DNA from: Asterias rubens
Taxonomy: Eukaryota
Direction of reading: 5' to 3'
Length of the DNA: 64,000 nt
Assembly: GCF_902459465.1 (NCBI RefSeq)
Contig: NC_047065.1
Coordinates: forward strand, 3,534,001 to 3,598,000
Made by a program: the position numbers and the translations under genes. Shown in pieces: positions 1 through 12,432 of the stretch. Positions within the stretch are counted from its first letter, which is position 1, and every line of letters begins with the position of its first letter. The notes beneath the pieces were generated by a model. It did no database searches. It saw nothing but the letters and a program-made list of their open reading frames with translations, and was not told where the DNA came from.

Positions 1-610
1 AGCGAATTCCCAGGTTTACATTTTGAACTTGTCGCATGGCTTTGCAAATGCTTTATTTTGTTGTTGGACTAAACCATTCTGTGAAAGGGGGTGTTACAAG
101 GCAGTGCCAGTGCTGCAGCGCTGTCCGTTTACATTGCCCGCCGCAGCCATTCAGTCATCATGGCATAGTCGAACCTGCTGCAGCACTGGTGGCCGTCGGG
201 AGGAGTGTTACATTATCGCAACTATTATAGGGCCTACCTGACTTATCGCACCACAAACAGTCGCAACTTTACTTTGACACTGGTTGCGACTATTTTTTCT
301 TATTTATTTTAATTCCAAAGTAAAGTTGCATTGCGGTTGAATTTGTGAATTGAAAACACATTGATGAAAATTACTTTGTAAGAGTTAATATTGAATTAAT
401 ATTTTACAATGAAAACATATTGAGAGAACTACTCCGCCCCCCCCCCCCCCCCCCCCCCCCATTAACTAATTCTCATAACTCCTCCCCCATGGCCCCAGTT
501 TATGCCCTTTATTTTTCATCTCCCGTTGGGATCAGGCTGGTTTGTTTTGACAACTTGCTCAACAAACTTATGTGATTATATTTATAGCACTCATTCTCAT
601 TAAGAAATAC

Positions 611-699
611 CTTGTTTTAGCGGCTGATGTTGTTGCAAATGTCTTTGTGCATTGTTCCCTGAGAACTAGCAGGGATTTTGCATGAAGTCTGAGTGCCAT
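611..699 (-). CDS. Probable first coding exon of an unidentified, likely mitochondrially targeted protein; gene would continue beyond the left window edge
   Basis: ATG at 699 (AAAATGG) after an in-frame upstream TAA; encodes MALRLHAKSLLVLREQCTKTFATTSAAKT then AG|GTATTT donor at 610. Arg/Lys/Leu/Ala/Thr-rich with one acidic residue, like a presequence. Divergent from NDUFAF6. Not in the ORF track (<60 aa); no downstream exon found. Confidence 0.45.
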
Positions 700-1034
700 T
701 TTCCCGGTAAATTCTTCCAGACACTTGGATAACCACAAATCTGCTGGTAGATCAGTTTATTCGCAATTGGGCTTGTGCATCTAGGTATGACACCTTGACT
801 CAATGATACAAAAACTAATGTTCTTATAGAGAAGCAACGAGCACCAAACTACCCATTCGCGAACAGCTGAAATTAATTTTATGGCACGCGCACGGACGAC
901 GTGTGGTACGTGATCATTTCACACGTACACTTTGTGTGCGCTTGTTCGAGCATAAAACCGTCGTCTATTTTTGTATGTTTTTTTTAAAAAGTTGACGGCT
1001 GTTTGTACAAACTTCAAACATTCCAAGATGGCGG
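700..1034. promoter_or_regulatory. Probable bidirectional promoter upstream of NDUFAF6
   Basis: 328 bp between the two divergent ATGs; CpG-enriched patch; YY1-type AAGATGGCGG overlapping the NDUFAF6 ATG. Confidence 0.5.
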
Positions 1035-4000
1035 CGTCCATGGGAGCTCACGCGAGGTTGATATCCAAGAAAGTTTTGTTAACGAAACATCTCAAATTAT
1101 GCAAACAAATCACGAATTTTCAACGGAAATCATTGTCAACAAATAACTCGCAATACTGCATTGATTTAGTGAGGTGAGAATATATAATTTCTACAGTATA
1201 AGTTTGTAAAAATTGAGTTTCGACCGTCAACAACTGGTCAACCAATCGAATTCGTCTCTTCTGTTAGTATTTAAAACTGGGTCACTGGGTCACTGCCTGG
1301 AACCGCAGCATGCACCGCAGTGATGCTACTGCTACCTGCTGTACTCTCTGTTGGCTTTTTGTTGTGAAACTGTGAATACCCCACTGTGTATTCCTATACA
1401 AATTCTCTGATGATTCTTTTATCTTTTACTTTCCGTCTTTGGTTAATATTTTTCCAAAATTGGCAATGGTGGACCATGGAGGTAGAATTCTACCTCCATG
1501 GGTGGACAATTCAATAATAATGAGTTGCTTGATTTATTTCGAGACCTACCGATTGCGCTCCGTGCGTCACGAGACCTATAGTGGATATTGCATGTAAACA
1601 AACACTGCGCACTGCTTATAAATGTGCGTTAAAAAAACATGACTATTTTTGCAATTTTTTGGCTAAAAAAATGGTTAATTCTCGAAATCACTAAAGAGTA
1701 TTCTGGAGTTTGTCACATGAGACCTTACCTATTAGGCCACATAAAAATAATTGTTGATCGTCCTTTTATTTTTTATTTTTTTTTTTAAGTTTTGTTGACA
1801 TGCCAAATTAAATATGATATAAAGAATAAAGAAATCATCACAATCACTATAAAACAGAGGGTTTGTGTCTTTTTGATGTTTTCAATAGTTTTGTCAAACA
1901 AATTTAAAGGAACACGTTGCCTTGGATCGGATGAGTTGGTCTATAAAAAAGCGTTTGAATACTATCAACCTCTCCCAATTACTCGTTACCAAGTAAGGTT
2001 TTATGCTAATAATTATTTTGAGTAATTTCCAATAGTGTCCACTGCCTTTAAATCCAATTATGAAACTTAAAATGGCTCCGTATCCGCAGGATGGGTTGGG
2101 TCACGGGTGTTGCATGCTAGTTCTTGCTTGCAATGCATTGCAGCTCAAGCATGTGTAGTCCTTCACAATTCAGCTTTAGCTGCCAGTGTACATGGTGTAT
2201 TAAGGATGATTTATATTTAGTCTTCCAAATTGTATGGAAGGTACTTGAATGAAAGTGTGTTACATTTCTTTTCATTGTTGGTTTTGTTTTGTATTGCCCA
2301 GGAAAAACGATTATGAGAGTTTCCTTTGTACCCTCCTGCTCCCACAAGCAGCTAGATCCTCTGTATTTGCTCTCAGAGGCTTCAATGTTGAGACAGCGAC
2401 CGTTAACGACACAGTTACAGAACAGCACATAGGCCTAATGAGGATGCAGTTCTGGAAGGATGTCATCACTAAAATATATCAGGTCTGTTAAAAAATAACT
2501 CCCTTACAACAGGTCTGGTATGAGGTCACAGAGGCCATTTTCTGTTGCCCCAGTTCTTTGCCTAAGTGCCCCTTCAAAAGTTACCTAGTATGTTATACAG
2601 GCCCTACTTGTATAGAAGGATTGCAATAGGCGTCACCGGCCGCCCTATTTGATGAATTAAGGACGCGTGAGGAGCTACCAGTGGCTGAGAGTCAGGTGTA
2701 GCGCGTAGTCGTGTGCACTTTTTCATTGTTTAGCATCAAAGATGGCGATAGATGACGCGTATTAAAACCCATCCAGGCTGAACCCATCTATAGGCCCTAC
2801 TTATGATATATTCTGCCGAAAAGCCCATGTTATTCATCCTTCACTTCCATTGATATCTACTGCAATGATCCTATATTTTCAGGGATCCCCTCCCCACCAT
2901 CCGGTTGCCATGGAGCTGTACAGAGCTGTCCACAAGCACAACCTATCCAAACGGTGGCTGTTGAGAATCGTTGAAGCAAGAGTGAGTATTGCATTAGACT
3001 TGTGGACAAGTCGTTAAATGTTTGCCATGTTGATGGCGTCAGCTCTCCTGCAACACTGCTGATGTCTGAGGAGACTGCTTTGGCGAGACTACTATAACAA
3101 TCAAACTGAATTGGCATGCCTTCTTTTATTGTGTTATATTTACCGCAAGCCAAATATACATATTGATACCCCTCCATGCAATGACTCAAATCCCATATTC
3201 AAATGTTTTCTTCCAAAAAAAAAACATAGTGGGGAAACAAAAAATTGTGATTGATTGTCAAGATTTGTCTCAATTATTTTGTTTCATGTTATTTTTGCAT
3301 CGGTCATAAAGAAATGACCTTTGTATTGCTAGAGCAGGTGTCTTACCTCCAGACCAATGAGCTAGTGTTAGCAGCTAGTACTGCTCAATCATTGGTGAAC
3401 GGGTGAAAACAAGTAATGTTCAATAATTGTTGTTTACTTTATTACAGGAACAATCCCTGAATGCCAGAACGTTTCAGAGTGTTGAAGATGTTGAGAACTA
3501 TGCAGAAAACACAGCCTCATCACTGCTATATCTTACACTGGAAGCACTTGGTAAATATAGGCACAGTGTACAATTATAACATGATTTGAGTGTGGATATT
3601 CAATATATTGGAAGTTGAAAAACTAGTTAACAGGGTGGAGGCAAATGGATCTAGTTTGTTAACTTCCAATACCGACGAATGGAGTTAATATTGTTTTTCC
3701 TCACAGTTCTTTCTAGTCTGGCATCGTTAGGCTCAGGAAAGCGCAAACTGTATGTATGCTACCACCTTTTTTGGGGTATGTAGCAAGTGATGTTCAAACT
3801 TGAGTTATATACTACACCCATGTGGGACTTGAACCCACACTCTGCAGGTCAGAAAGGCATTGAATCCTGCTCGGCCACAAAACACAAGCTTTGTTTTTCG
3901 TAAAACAATGTTGAAAATCTCTGTTAGACACAAAGTGTTAAAAATGTGTTAATTACTAGTTTGCCTGGAGGAGGGCTAAGTATTTAATACATGATTATTT

Positions 4001-5541
4001 CTTGATTCCAGTTAGTTCTTTTAAATTGAGAGATGTCAAATAAAGGTTAGAAAGACGAGGCTGGTTTAGCCCTATAGATTGTCACACTGCAGCCATCTTT
4101 GTCCGATTCCCAGACACAATGACTCTGGTAGTTTTAATTCTCAATTTATGAAAGGTTACTAGACTATTTTCCCTGTCAGCCTCAGTTTGGCTGTATTGCA
4201 TTTGTGTCCAAACTTCAGGCTGGTCAGTTGTTGTGGTGCAAATCGTTCGTAAAAAAATCATGAAGAATTTAGGGCATTTCAGATCACACTTGTCAATTTT
4301 GTGTACAATGATCACACCCCTGCAGGAGTGAAAGATGTGAACGCAGACCACGCAGCGAGCCACATTGGTAAAGCACATGGCATTGTGACACTCCTCAGGG
4401 CTACACCATACAACATCAGTAGGCAACAAGTAATGCTCCCAATGGACTTAACCATCAAGGTACCCGATCATTGTCACAAGGTTGTTGGTGTGAATCCTAC
4501 CAAGCTAACCGTTGATTTCACAATGACTAGAATAAGTATAAAGTATAGTCGGCTAGTTACTGAGTCACAAATTCTTGATTTGTGCAACTCATAATCATAG
4601 ACGTTAAAACCAATGTTTGTATGAGAGAGATTGGCTGTTGCCAGCTTAGTTTATTAACTCCTTGTGGGAGTTCACCGAGTTCCCTTGGTGGGAACATCAT
4701 ATGAACAAACAAACAAATTGACGAACCTCTGGGTGTCATAATCCATGTGTTAATTTTGTTTCCACTGGAATTACACCATTTCTGTTTTGATGAATAGGTG
4801 TAAAGTTTGATGTATTCAGCCCTGGAACAATTTTATGTTTTAAACAATTTTAAGACATCTCTCCATCTATCTGTCTAGATATTTTAACTGGTTTACATTC
4901 TTTTCATTTTTATCCCGGTCAGCATAATATATCACACGAGGCAATACTAAGACGAAGTACCGAGCAACCGATGAAGGATGTGATTTATGATATAGCAAGT
5001 GCAGCTCATGTCCATCTGGAAAAGGTAGGTTTCGTCCGATTGCTTTTTTGTTAAAGTACTTACAAAATTACCACAATAAAGAGGGCTGGAAATACCTACT
5101 GAATCACTGGCCAGAGGAGTCCATGAATTTTAAGACTTGGGCTAGTACATTAATACCACAAACAAGTCCTGCAGTCTAGTGTTTTTCAAACACATACTTC
5201 CGAAAATTTAATGTACACATAAACTTTTCAACTTAAGACTTCTTACTAAAAGTTAAAACCCAAAATAATATTTGAGGTCTGAAAGTGTCGATTGTGCTAT
5301 ATATAAAACCCTCTTTCCACTTGAAGATTGTAAAAGTTTCTTTACATTTTTTCAGGCTAGATCCTTCAAGTCCAACGTGCCGAAAGAGGCGCTCCCTGCC
5401 TATCTACTCACAGCGGCGACCGAGGCTTTTCTTCGGCGCATACAAAAAATAAACTTTGACATTTTTCACAAACACTGTCTGAAGAAGGAACCTCTGATGC
5501 CCCTTCTACTTTGGTTACAAAACAAAAGAAGAAAATATTAA
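1028..5541 (+). CDS. NDUFAF6: NADH:ubiquinone oxidoreductase complex assembly factor 6 (squalene/phytoene synthase fold), 7 exons, ~316 aa
   Basis: Exons 1028-1173, 2302-2482, 2883-2981, 3448-3550, 4326-4459, 4923-5024, 5356-5541; all GT-AG, phases consistent (951 nt). Recognisable motifs [93 protein letters not shown]. Confidence 0.95.
1904..2051 (-). mobile_element. Short Kolobok-like MITE with non-matching ends (family A end plus a different end)
   Basis: TTAA-AGGAACACGTTGCC... on the left and ...CCAATAGTGTCCACTGCCT-TTAA on the right; the right ~90 bp match family A. Confidence 0.7.
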
Positions 5542-6049
5542 AGACACCGATACTGTTTGTGATTTGGTAAGTGAACGAAGGAAAATACTAAATTTTGTTT
5601 AGGCATAAAAAAAAAAATTATGTTGGCCTAACCCGACCCTGGGTATTTGTATTTTTTTCAAGGAAAGAAATTTAATGATAAAAACCTATTAAAGACATAA
5701 AAATTAAATAAATGTCATCAAGAGTTTAAAAATATACTATTTGTTGTGTGTAGCCTTGTTTTGTTTTGTTATCGTGTATACTACCGGCTTAAACAATTGG
5801 AAAACATGTCATTTTCGTTGCTGGGAGGGGGAAAAAAAATCCCTACCTACCTTATTTTTGGGAGCCCGTTACGCCAACATAACATTTTTTTTTATGCCTG
5901 GTGTGGATTGTTTGTAGCATTGACTCGCATTGGACAAGGTTAGATGTTCAATATTGAATGTACAATGTTGGGCTTAACATTAGTGCCCTGGTCATTGGAC
6001 AAATAGTATTCCTGTAATCTTTCTCAGCTCCCTGAGGAGGACAAAGCCT

Positions 6050-6253
6050 GAGCTCCCCTGGCGCTCAAAAGGCTTTTTCAAGAAAAATATCAACCTCTAC
6101 CCTCACAGGTACCCATGTATTCCCCTTTGTGAAGAGAAGCAGTTATAGTAAAGCATTTAGCTCAAGGACATAAGTGTCATGACCAGGATTTGAACCCACA
6201 CTCCGATGACTAAACCGCCAGAACTTGAATTTGACCACTCGGCCATCACACCC
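6050..6253 (-). mobile_element. tRNA-derived SINE, same family, decayed
   Basis: GGTACCCAT..GAGAAGCAGTTATAG..GCTCAAGGACATAAGTGTCATGACC..TTTGAACCCACACT; further fragments at ~3815-3880 and ~20955-21125. Confidence 0.75.
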
Positions 6254-6625
6254 TATGTAGATAACTCATTCTGGTTGTTTTCAAAGGAAGACAACCAGCT
6301 GTTGTAAGTATACTGACCCGAATGGTCCCGCATGGGCAAGACGGTAGTTAACCCTCTTACCCTTCCTCCCACTCTTTGTGCAATTATCAGCGAGTGGTCC
6401 AACCATTTATGTAACTGCATGGGTTTTTATACACGGCGTTGCGTCACAACTATACATGAACAAATTACATGGAAAATCTGAACTGTTAATAATAATTTAA
6501 ATACAATTTATGGTGCTCCTTTAAACCTTACAAACTACCCTAAAGTGCTTAAAAATGTAGAAACTAAACACAATAAAATGACATTATTATAATATTAATT
6601 TTCAGCATTTGGTAATTTCATTAAT

Positions 6626-9600
6626 TTAAAACCCATAGATACTGAAATCCTCGTCGTCGGATGGCTCAATGTCAGTCGGGTTTACATTATGGAGGTGGCA
6701 CTGACCATTGCTTCTGGCGAAGTCAAAGGTCAGGCATCCGGCGTTGTCCATGCAGTACTTGGCACATTTTATGACGCTTGTGGCCGTCACTGTTGAGAGT
6801 GGGTTACTGTGACCGATTGACCGTCCTTCACTGAGCCTGCTGAAAACTGTATTCTTCATCCGGGCATCTTTGAAAATGGAAAAAAAAAAATCCTCATTTT
6901 AAAGATTTGCCTCGGTCAATTTCAACAAAAGTACAGCTTGTTCAATTTTGTTTGAGAATGAATGCTTCAGTATTGTTTGAATTTGAAGCTTTGCATAGTG
7001 TGATGAAATAAGAAGAAACTATAAATAAATAGTAAACTTGCGGGTACAACCATGTGTGAATCTCTTAGGCCAGCAGTCCAGCATTCTCCTAAAGCGTGCA
7101 GAGTTTACTGTTCGAAACGTCGAGTCCCAACCGGCTCTTTCCAGAGCCAACACTCACCCTAAGAGAGTTACACATGGTTGTACCCGCAAGTTTACTAAGT
7201 GAATCAATGTGTGGTGAAGAGGTTTTTTTTACTAGTGGTTTAATCCCAACGAGGCCTGGTTCTTGATTATTTTACCGAGACGAAGCCGAGGTAAATTATA
7301 AACTTTGATTTCCATTCATATACCTTTTAGGTCAAAAACATCATCACTTTTTGGTCAAAAAGTAAAATAAATGCAAAAATTATAATTGTTAAATGATATC
7401 TTTCAACACAACGCCCCTCCAGCTATGAAATGGTAAAGCCCTCCGCTGCCCTCGGGTAAACAACTCCTTATAGGGGAATGCTGTGCGCATATCACGTGAT
7501 GTGGCACAACTGTTTCAGCCAATGCTCTTGACCAATAGGAGTGAAGAAACTGTCACGCCCATGAATTAACACTTTTTACCGGTCATAAAAAAAAGGTTTA
7601 TACACACCCACGTGACGCGCTCTCCACCAATAGGATAACGAAATTGTCTGAGGTATTTATGAATATTTATTTATAGTTTCTTCTTAATGAATGCTTCATT
7701 GCATCAGTATTCAATGGTCTAAAGGAGCGGTTCAATTTCAACAGTTTTGTATTCACTGGTCAATTAAGATCATTTAAACTTATTAGGTCGCAAAGACCAT
7801 TGATTTTCGTAGACATTCAAGTTACAGCAAAATGCTGGATAACCTTCAAGTTCCATCAACTGTAACAGACAGTAGAAATAAAATAAGAGAATGGCGAAAA
7901 CTAGTTATAGACTATAAAATGAAACCAACAAGAATATAGTATTGAAAGATTATAAAATTAAAAAGTAACATAAAGATTTATTATTAATTATCTTACCCTT
8001 GTCACATTCTCCAGATGTGTACACTTTAACTTTCACCTCTGCCAACATAAGAATGGCGTTTGTGACCTCTGGTCTGGATGTGTCAATGTCGAAGCTCACA
8101 AACTTGGCAGTCCTCGGCGGGTCACACAGAAAAGCCGTCACTGTTCCCTGAACAGACTGAGCCTCGGTGGCCGGCAAGCCGCACTGCTGGTTTTCGGTGG
8201 GTGTGGGATGAACGCCAGCTCTTGCCACAGCACCCAAGAAGCGATTTTTACCTTGGGATGGGAATAGAGTAAAAAACAAATCAAATTGGTACAATAGGGT
8301 TCATTGAGAATGTAGGTCATTAGACTCCGTCTCACAACTAATTACTCACAACACCCTAGTTTGTTGATAAGATGCCCCTTTTTTTTGCCAACTTGATGAT
8401 GTCGAGTTTTCAAAAGGTTTATATTGATTCCAACTACTGTTTCATCTTGTGAGACTCTGGTTCTAAAGGAAAAATATGGTATTTTTTTGAAGCAGCTTTA
8501 TGGAATTGGGCACTGGTCTTGGCCTTGGTGCCTCTTTGCATTGACTTTAAAGACACTGGACACCTTTGGTATTTGTCAAAGAACAGTCTGAACAGAACTT
8601 GCTGTATCTCAACATTATGCACAAAATAAACCTGTGAACATTTGAACTCAGATTGGTCATTGAAACTGCGAGAGAATAATGGAAGAAAAAACGCCATTGT
8701 TGCACAAGTTGTGTACTTTCAGATGCTTGATTTCGAGACCTCAAAATCAAATTCTGAGGTCTCGAAATCAAATTCAAATATTTTTGTGAGAAAATACTTC
8801 TTTCTCAAAAACTATGTTACTTCAGAGGGAGCTGTTTCTCACAATGTTTCATACTATCAACAACTCTCCATTGTTTTTAACCAAGTAAGTTTTTGTGCGA
8901 ACAATTATTTTGAGTAATTACCAATAGTGTCTGTCCATTGCTTTCAAGATGTTTCAACTAAAGAGCCCTTTGCAAAATGAAAATGGCCTTGCCCTCTCGA
9001 AGATAAGATTCCAGGCCAGACATGCAGTGGCAAAAAGGTAACTCTGATTGTCGTTCTTAAAAGGGTTCAGAAAAGAGTTGGGGCAACAAAATAAGATTAT
9101 CAAAATTAACAGTTTAGTGTGTTACCACAACATCCTTGTCTGAGTGTTACGATGATTTTGCCCAAGCAGTGTTCATCACCCAGGTCCAGTCGCCACCATG
9201 GATGTGGGTCGGTATGGTTTGGAGCTACAATGGAGGTTCATGCAGAAATATTAAAGGAAAGGTATACTTTTGGTAATCGCTCTTAAAACTAATGGAAATA
9301 AAAACTGACTTGGTTAGAAAGTAAAGCAGCTTTCAATATAGAATCATTTTTTTAGAATCATTTAAAATAGTCCCAGAAAATATATTTTGAAAATTCAAAA
9401 AATATTAATTATTGTGTTTACAATTATAAGAGACAAGTTTTCCTGAAGAAGTTGTACTTCCTGTACTATCGTTATTGTAAAACAAGTAATGTTAAGTTCC
9501 TTTTGCTTATAAATATTTAGTATTCTAGGTGGGTTTTTTTTCTCGACAGTAGGCCTACAAAACAAGACAAATATTTTACAATGACTGTTACAATAGTCCA

Positions 9601-12432
9601 CACAAGAAAAATCATGTTAAAGGGGGGCTGTCCTCAAGTGATCACATGTTTAGCGTCTTCCCTTTTCGAAAAAAGGGAGGAGGAGGCGTTTTTTTTTTTT
9701 TTTTTTTTTTAATTGGCCGCCGAAATATTTTTTTGATACAAACGGCTGGGCTATTTTTCATAAAGCATATTTTTTGCTGAATTATATCCCCTTTTCACTC
9801 TTTAAAAAAAAATATATTTTCGGGAGAGAAAAAAAGTGAGACGGCCCGCTTAGAAGCGGGCGGGGACGCTAAACATGTTTTTTACTTCTTTTTAGCTTAT
9901 TGTTCGATGGTCCATTTGCGAAGAAGTCACCGAATGGTCCACTCGGCCAAACGCTGCTTTCTTTGTAGAACAATAAAACAAAACTTGTAATCGTGAACTT
10001 CAGCATAATTAAATTCCAGCTCATATAAAATCTCGTGCAATTAATTAAAGACCTATGACGCCAAGGACAAAATAATGCAGTTTTGCAATTCACTCGGTTT
10101 GGAAAAGAATTGAGGGGGTGGGGGTGGGGGTAAGACCCCAATACTACACGGTCTGTGACCTCGGCTCAAGTTTGATGTAAAATACCATTATGTTTTAGTG
10201 ACATTCAAGAAGCTTCTAGCACACAATTTTACCGTGAGATTATTGCGTCCCCACGTTTATAACTCTATCTATTTGAGAATTGGTTCATCACTAAACCGAA
10301 TTTGACCTTGGAGCGCCTTGATTAATTAAAGGTTAATTAAAGGATCGTTTTCTGTTCATTTTCAAAGAACTGGCCGAGTGATACAGTCAACTGCCTATTA
10401 TTTCTGTATGCGCCAATACCATGCCTAGTTTAGTCTTTATAATTGCATCAGTGATGAAGATCAACACAACTAAATAAATTAAGTCACCTTGAAATAGAAT
10501 TTGTTTTCTTTCAAACATAAGAGTATATCCATTTAGCCACTGGACCGCCCAGCCGCCTATCGATATACTGTAGTGGTATGAGGAAACCTTGCTAGCTTGC
10601 GTTTGTAGAAAAAAAGAAACATCAAAAGAATCCTCGATAGTCATTATTAAGCTAATGAAGCTAATGATGGTGAAATAATTTAGCGCTTACCCCAACAAGA
10701 CGCTCATTAGTAAACACAAAGGAAACTGTATTTATTCATCATTCATGATAATATTGAGCTCAAATTTTCACAGGTGTGTTATTTTATGCATATATGTTTA
10801 GATACACCCAGTGGGAAGACTGGTCTTTGACAAATTACCAATAGTGTCCACTGTCTTTGTGATACCATTTTTTGCAAAATCTGCATTTTCTGCTAGCAGA
10901 AATTTGGAATTTACTTTTTGCCAGTGACTGGCGGTCGAAAAGTAGACAACCCGAATTTCCAAATAATTTTATGAACTAAAAATTGCGTTTTCCACTTTAA
11001 TTGTAAGCAAAGATGCATAAAAGTATTATAATAACGCTTACCGGTATGTGAAAAAGTGTCCAGGTTGCCATCAACGGCTGCAGCTGCAACTTTCTGTATT
11101 ACATGCGATGTACTTTGCGAAGCTGACTTTCCAACAGCATTGAGACCTTTAGAAAGTTTCCATGATTTTGTTTACGAACAAAACAGTGCAGAAAATAACG
11201 ATTGTAGGCCTATAATAATTATAATTAGACACTGTGTGTTGATTACTTACAGTAGCAGTGATTGCTGTGCACTGATGATCACGGGCGGGGGTGGGGTGGG
11301 CTGGGGTTAGGGTTAGGGTTAGGAGGGGCTGTGGTAGGTGCGTTTACGGGCGGGCACACTCCCTTTTTCTCAAAGAAACAAACCCAAATCTCAATGCTGT
11401 GTAAACAGCCTTTGAAATGTCATAGATTTTACCAGATGGCATTTTCTCCCTGGTCCCACAAATTAATGGCAAAGAAGTTGCAATAAATGGCAAAGAAATT
11501 GTAACTGTCGTAGTGCCGTTCAAAATGTAGGGTACCCTTTTTGCGGATGACATTTGTAATGTGCAGACAAAACTTTAATGTGGCCGGGTAAAGTCCGCGT
11601 TCTTCTCATTAAAAACCTCACATTTTTCAAAAGAAGGGAAACAAAACCCAGCCCCCCCTGAGGTAATTGCACCCGAGAGTATCTGTGGGTATGCTGTTTT
11701 GTAGGGCCCTAAAGCGAGCGTCCAATGCTCGTTCTCGATGCCTAATAATGCACCCATAGTGACTCAACCCATAACGGGAAGGTGTGGCCCTCCTTACACA
11801 AAAAGTCACTGTCGTTTGGACACGTTTGGTAAGCACACGTTTGGAAAGCACACAAATTATTTTGTGCGACATGGGTGTTTTTTTTATACAAGGCTTCGGA
11901 CCAATTTTAGCCAATATTTTCACAGATTTGTTATTTAATGTATTATGCTGGTCTTGACAATTAAAAAGGGTGTCCATGTGTCTTTAATATCTAACAGAAT
12001 TTGATGGAAGAAAAACTGTCAATAAAACTTTCCCCGTAAAAAATACTGACTTTTTGATGCTCATAATAATTTCCCCCGTGTTCAAATTTACAGACGAGTT
12101 TCTGTACCGTAAAATAAATACATTAACATTTTCACAGTGAATCATCGTCCGATATTCGGTAATGTGGCTAAAAAAAGGGCTATATAAGATATGAACCAGG
12201 TGTGGCGGTTTCAACTTTCCGCCGTGTTCAGTTTTCCGAATGACCAAAAACGGTAACATTACGTCCTGGATACAATGCAATCCCAATTACAAAGACATGT
12301 TTAAATCCACACCGTTAGTCCACTGAATGACCCCAGAATCACCAAAGTGTAAAGTATAGGCTACATACCCGTCAGATCACAGGCAGCATGTAGAACAAAA
12401 AGTAACACCAAAAACAAGGCATCAAAACCCAT
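6626..12432 (-). CDS. Secreted protein: signal peptide + F-type lectin (FTP/fucolectin-like) domain + C-terminal PAN/apple domain, 5 exons, ~254 aa
   Basis: Exons 12432-12369 (MGFDALFLVLLFVLHAACDLT), 11146-11042 (LNAVGKSASQS...AVDGNLDTFSHT), 9224-9126 (PWWRLDLG...LRQGCC), 8251-7997 (KNRFLGAVARAG...LMLAEVKV), 6867-6626 (CAKYCMDNAGCLTFDF...GQCHLH). All introns GT-AG, phase 1; 765 nt open frame. Confidence 0.9.
7030..7197 (+). mobile_element. Palindromic element (40-bp inverted arms) with a degenerate hammerhead-like core; probably Penelope-derived
   Basis: Arms TAGTAAACTTGCGGGTACAACCATGTGT...TCTCTTAGG differ at 2 positions; centre CTC-CTAAAGC-...-GAAA-CG-TC-GAG at 7086-7124. Confidence 0.65.
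8547..8945 (-). mobile_element. Kolobok-like MITE family A, nested in a CAGGCC-ended element
   Basis: TTAAAGACACTGGACAC left end, internal GAGACCTC/GAGGTCTC hairpin, clearly homologous to 15678-16062 in reverse orientation. Confidence 0.85.
10753..10858 (+). mobile_element. Family A fragment (right end only)
   Basis: ATTGAGCTCAAATTTTCACAGG...TTACCAATAGTGTCCACTGTCTTT. Confidence 0.75.

Noticed and set aside
436-460. Long poly-C run (also C/A homopolymers near 13055, 14066, 14209)
   Set aside because: Simple homopolymers with no structure beyond low complexity; lengths may be assembly-dependent.
9877-9960. Possible phase 1-1 minus-strand exon (ESSVWPSGPFGDFF...) in the lectin gene
   Set aside because: Exons 11146-11042 and 9224-9126 already join into a continuous FTP domain; this segment would interrupt it, has a weak donor and abuts a MITE fragment.
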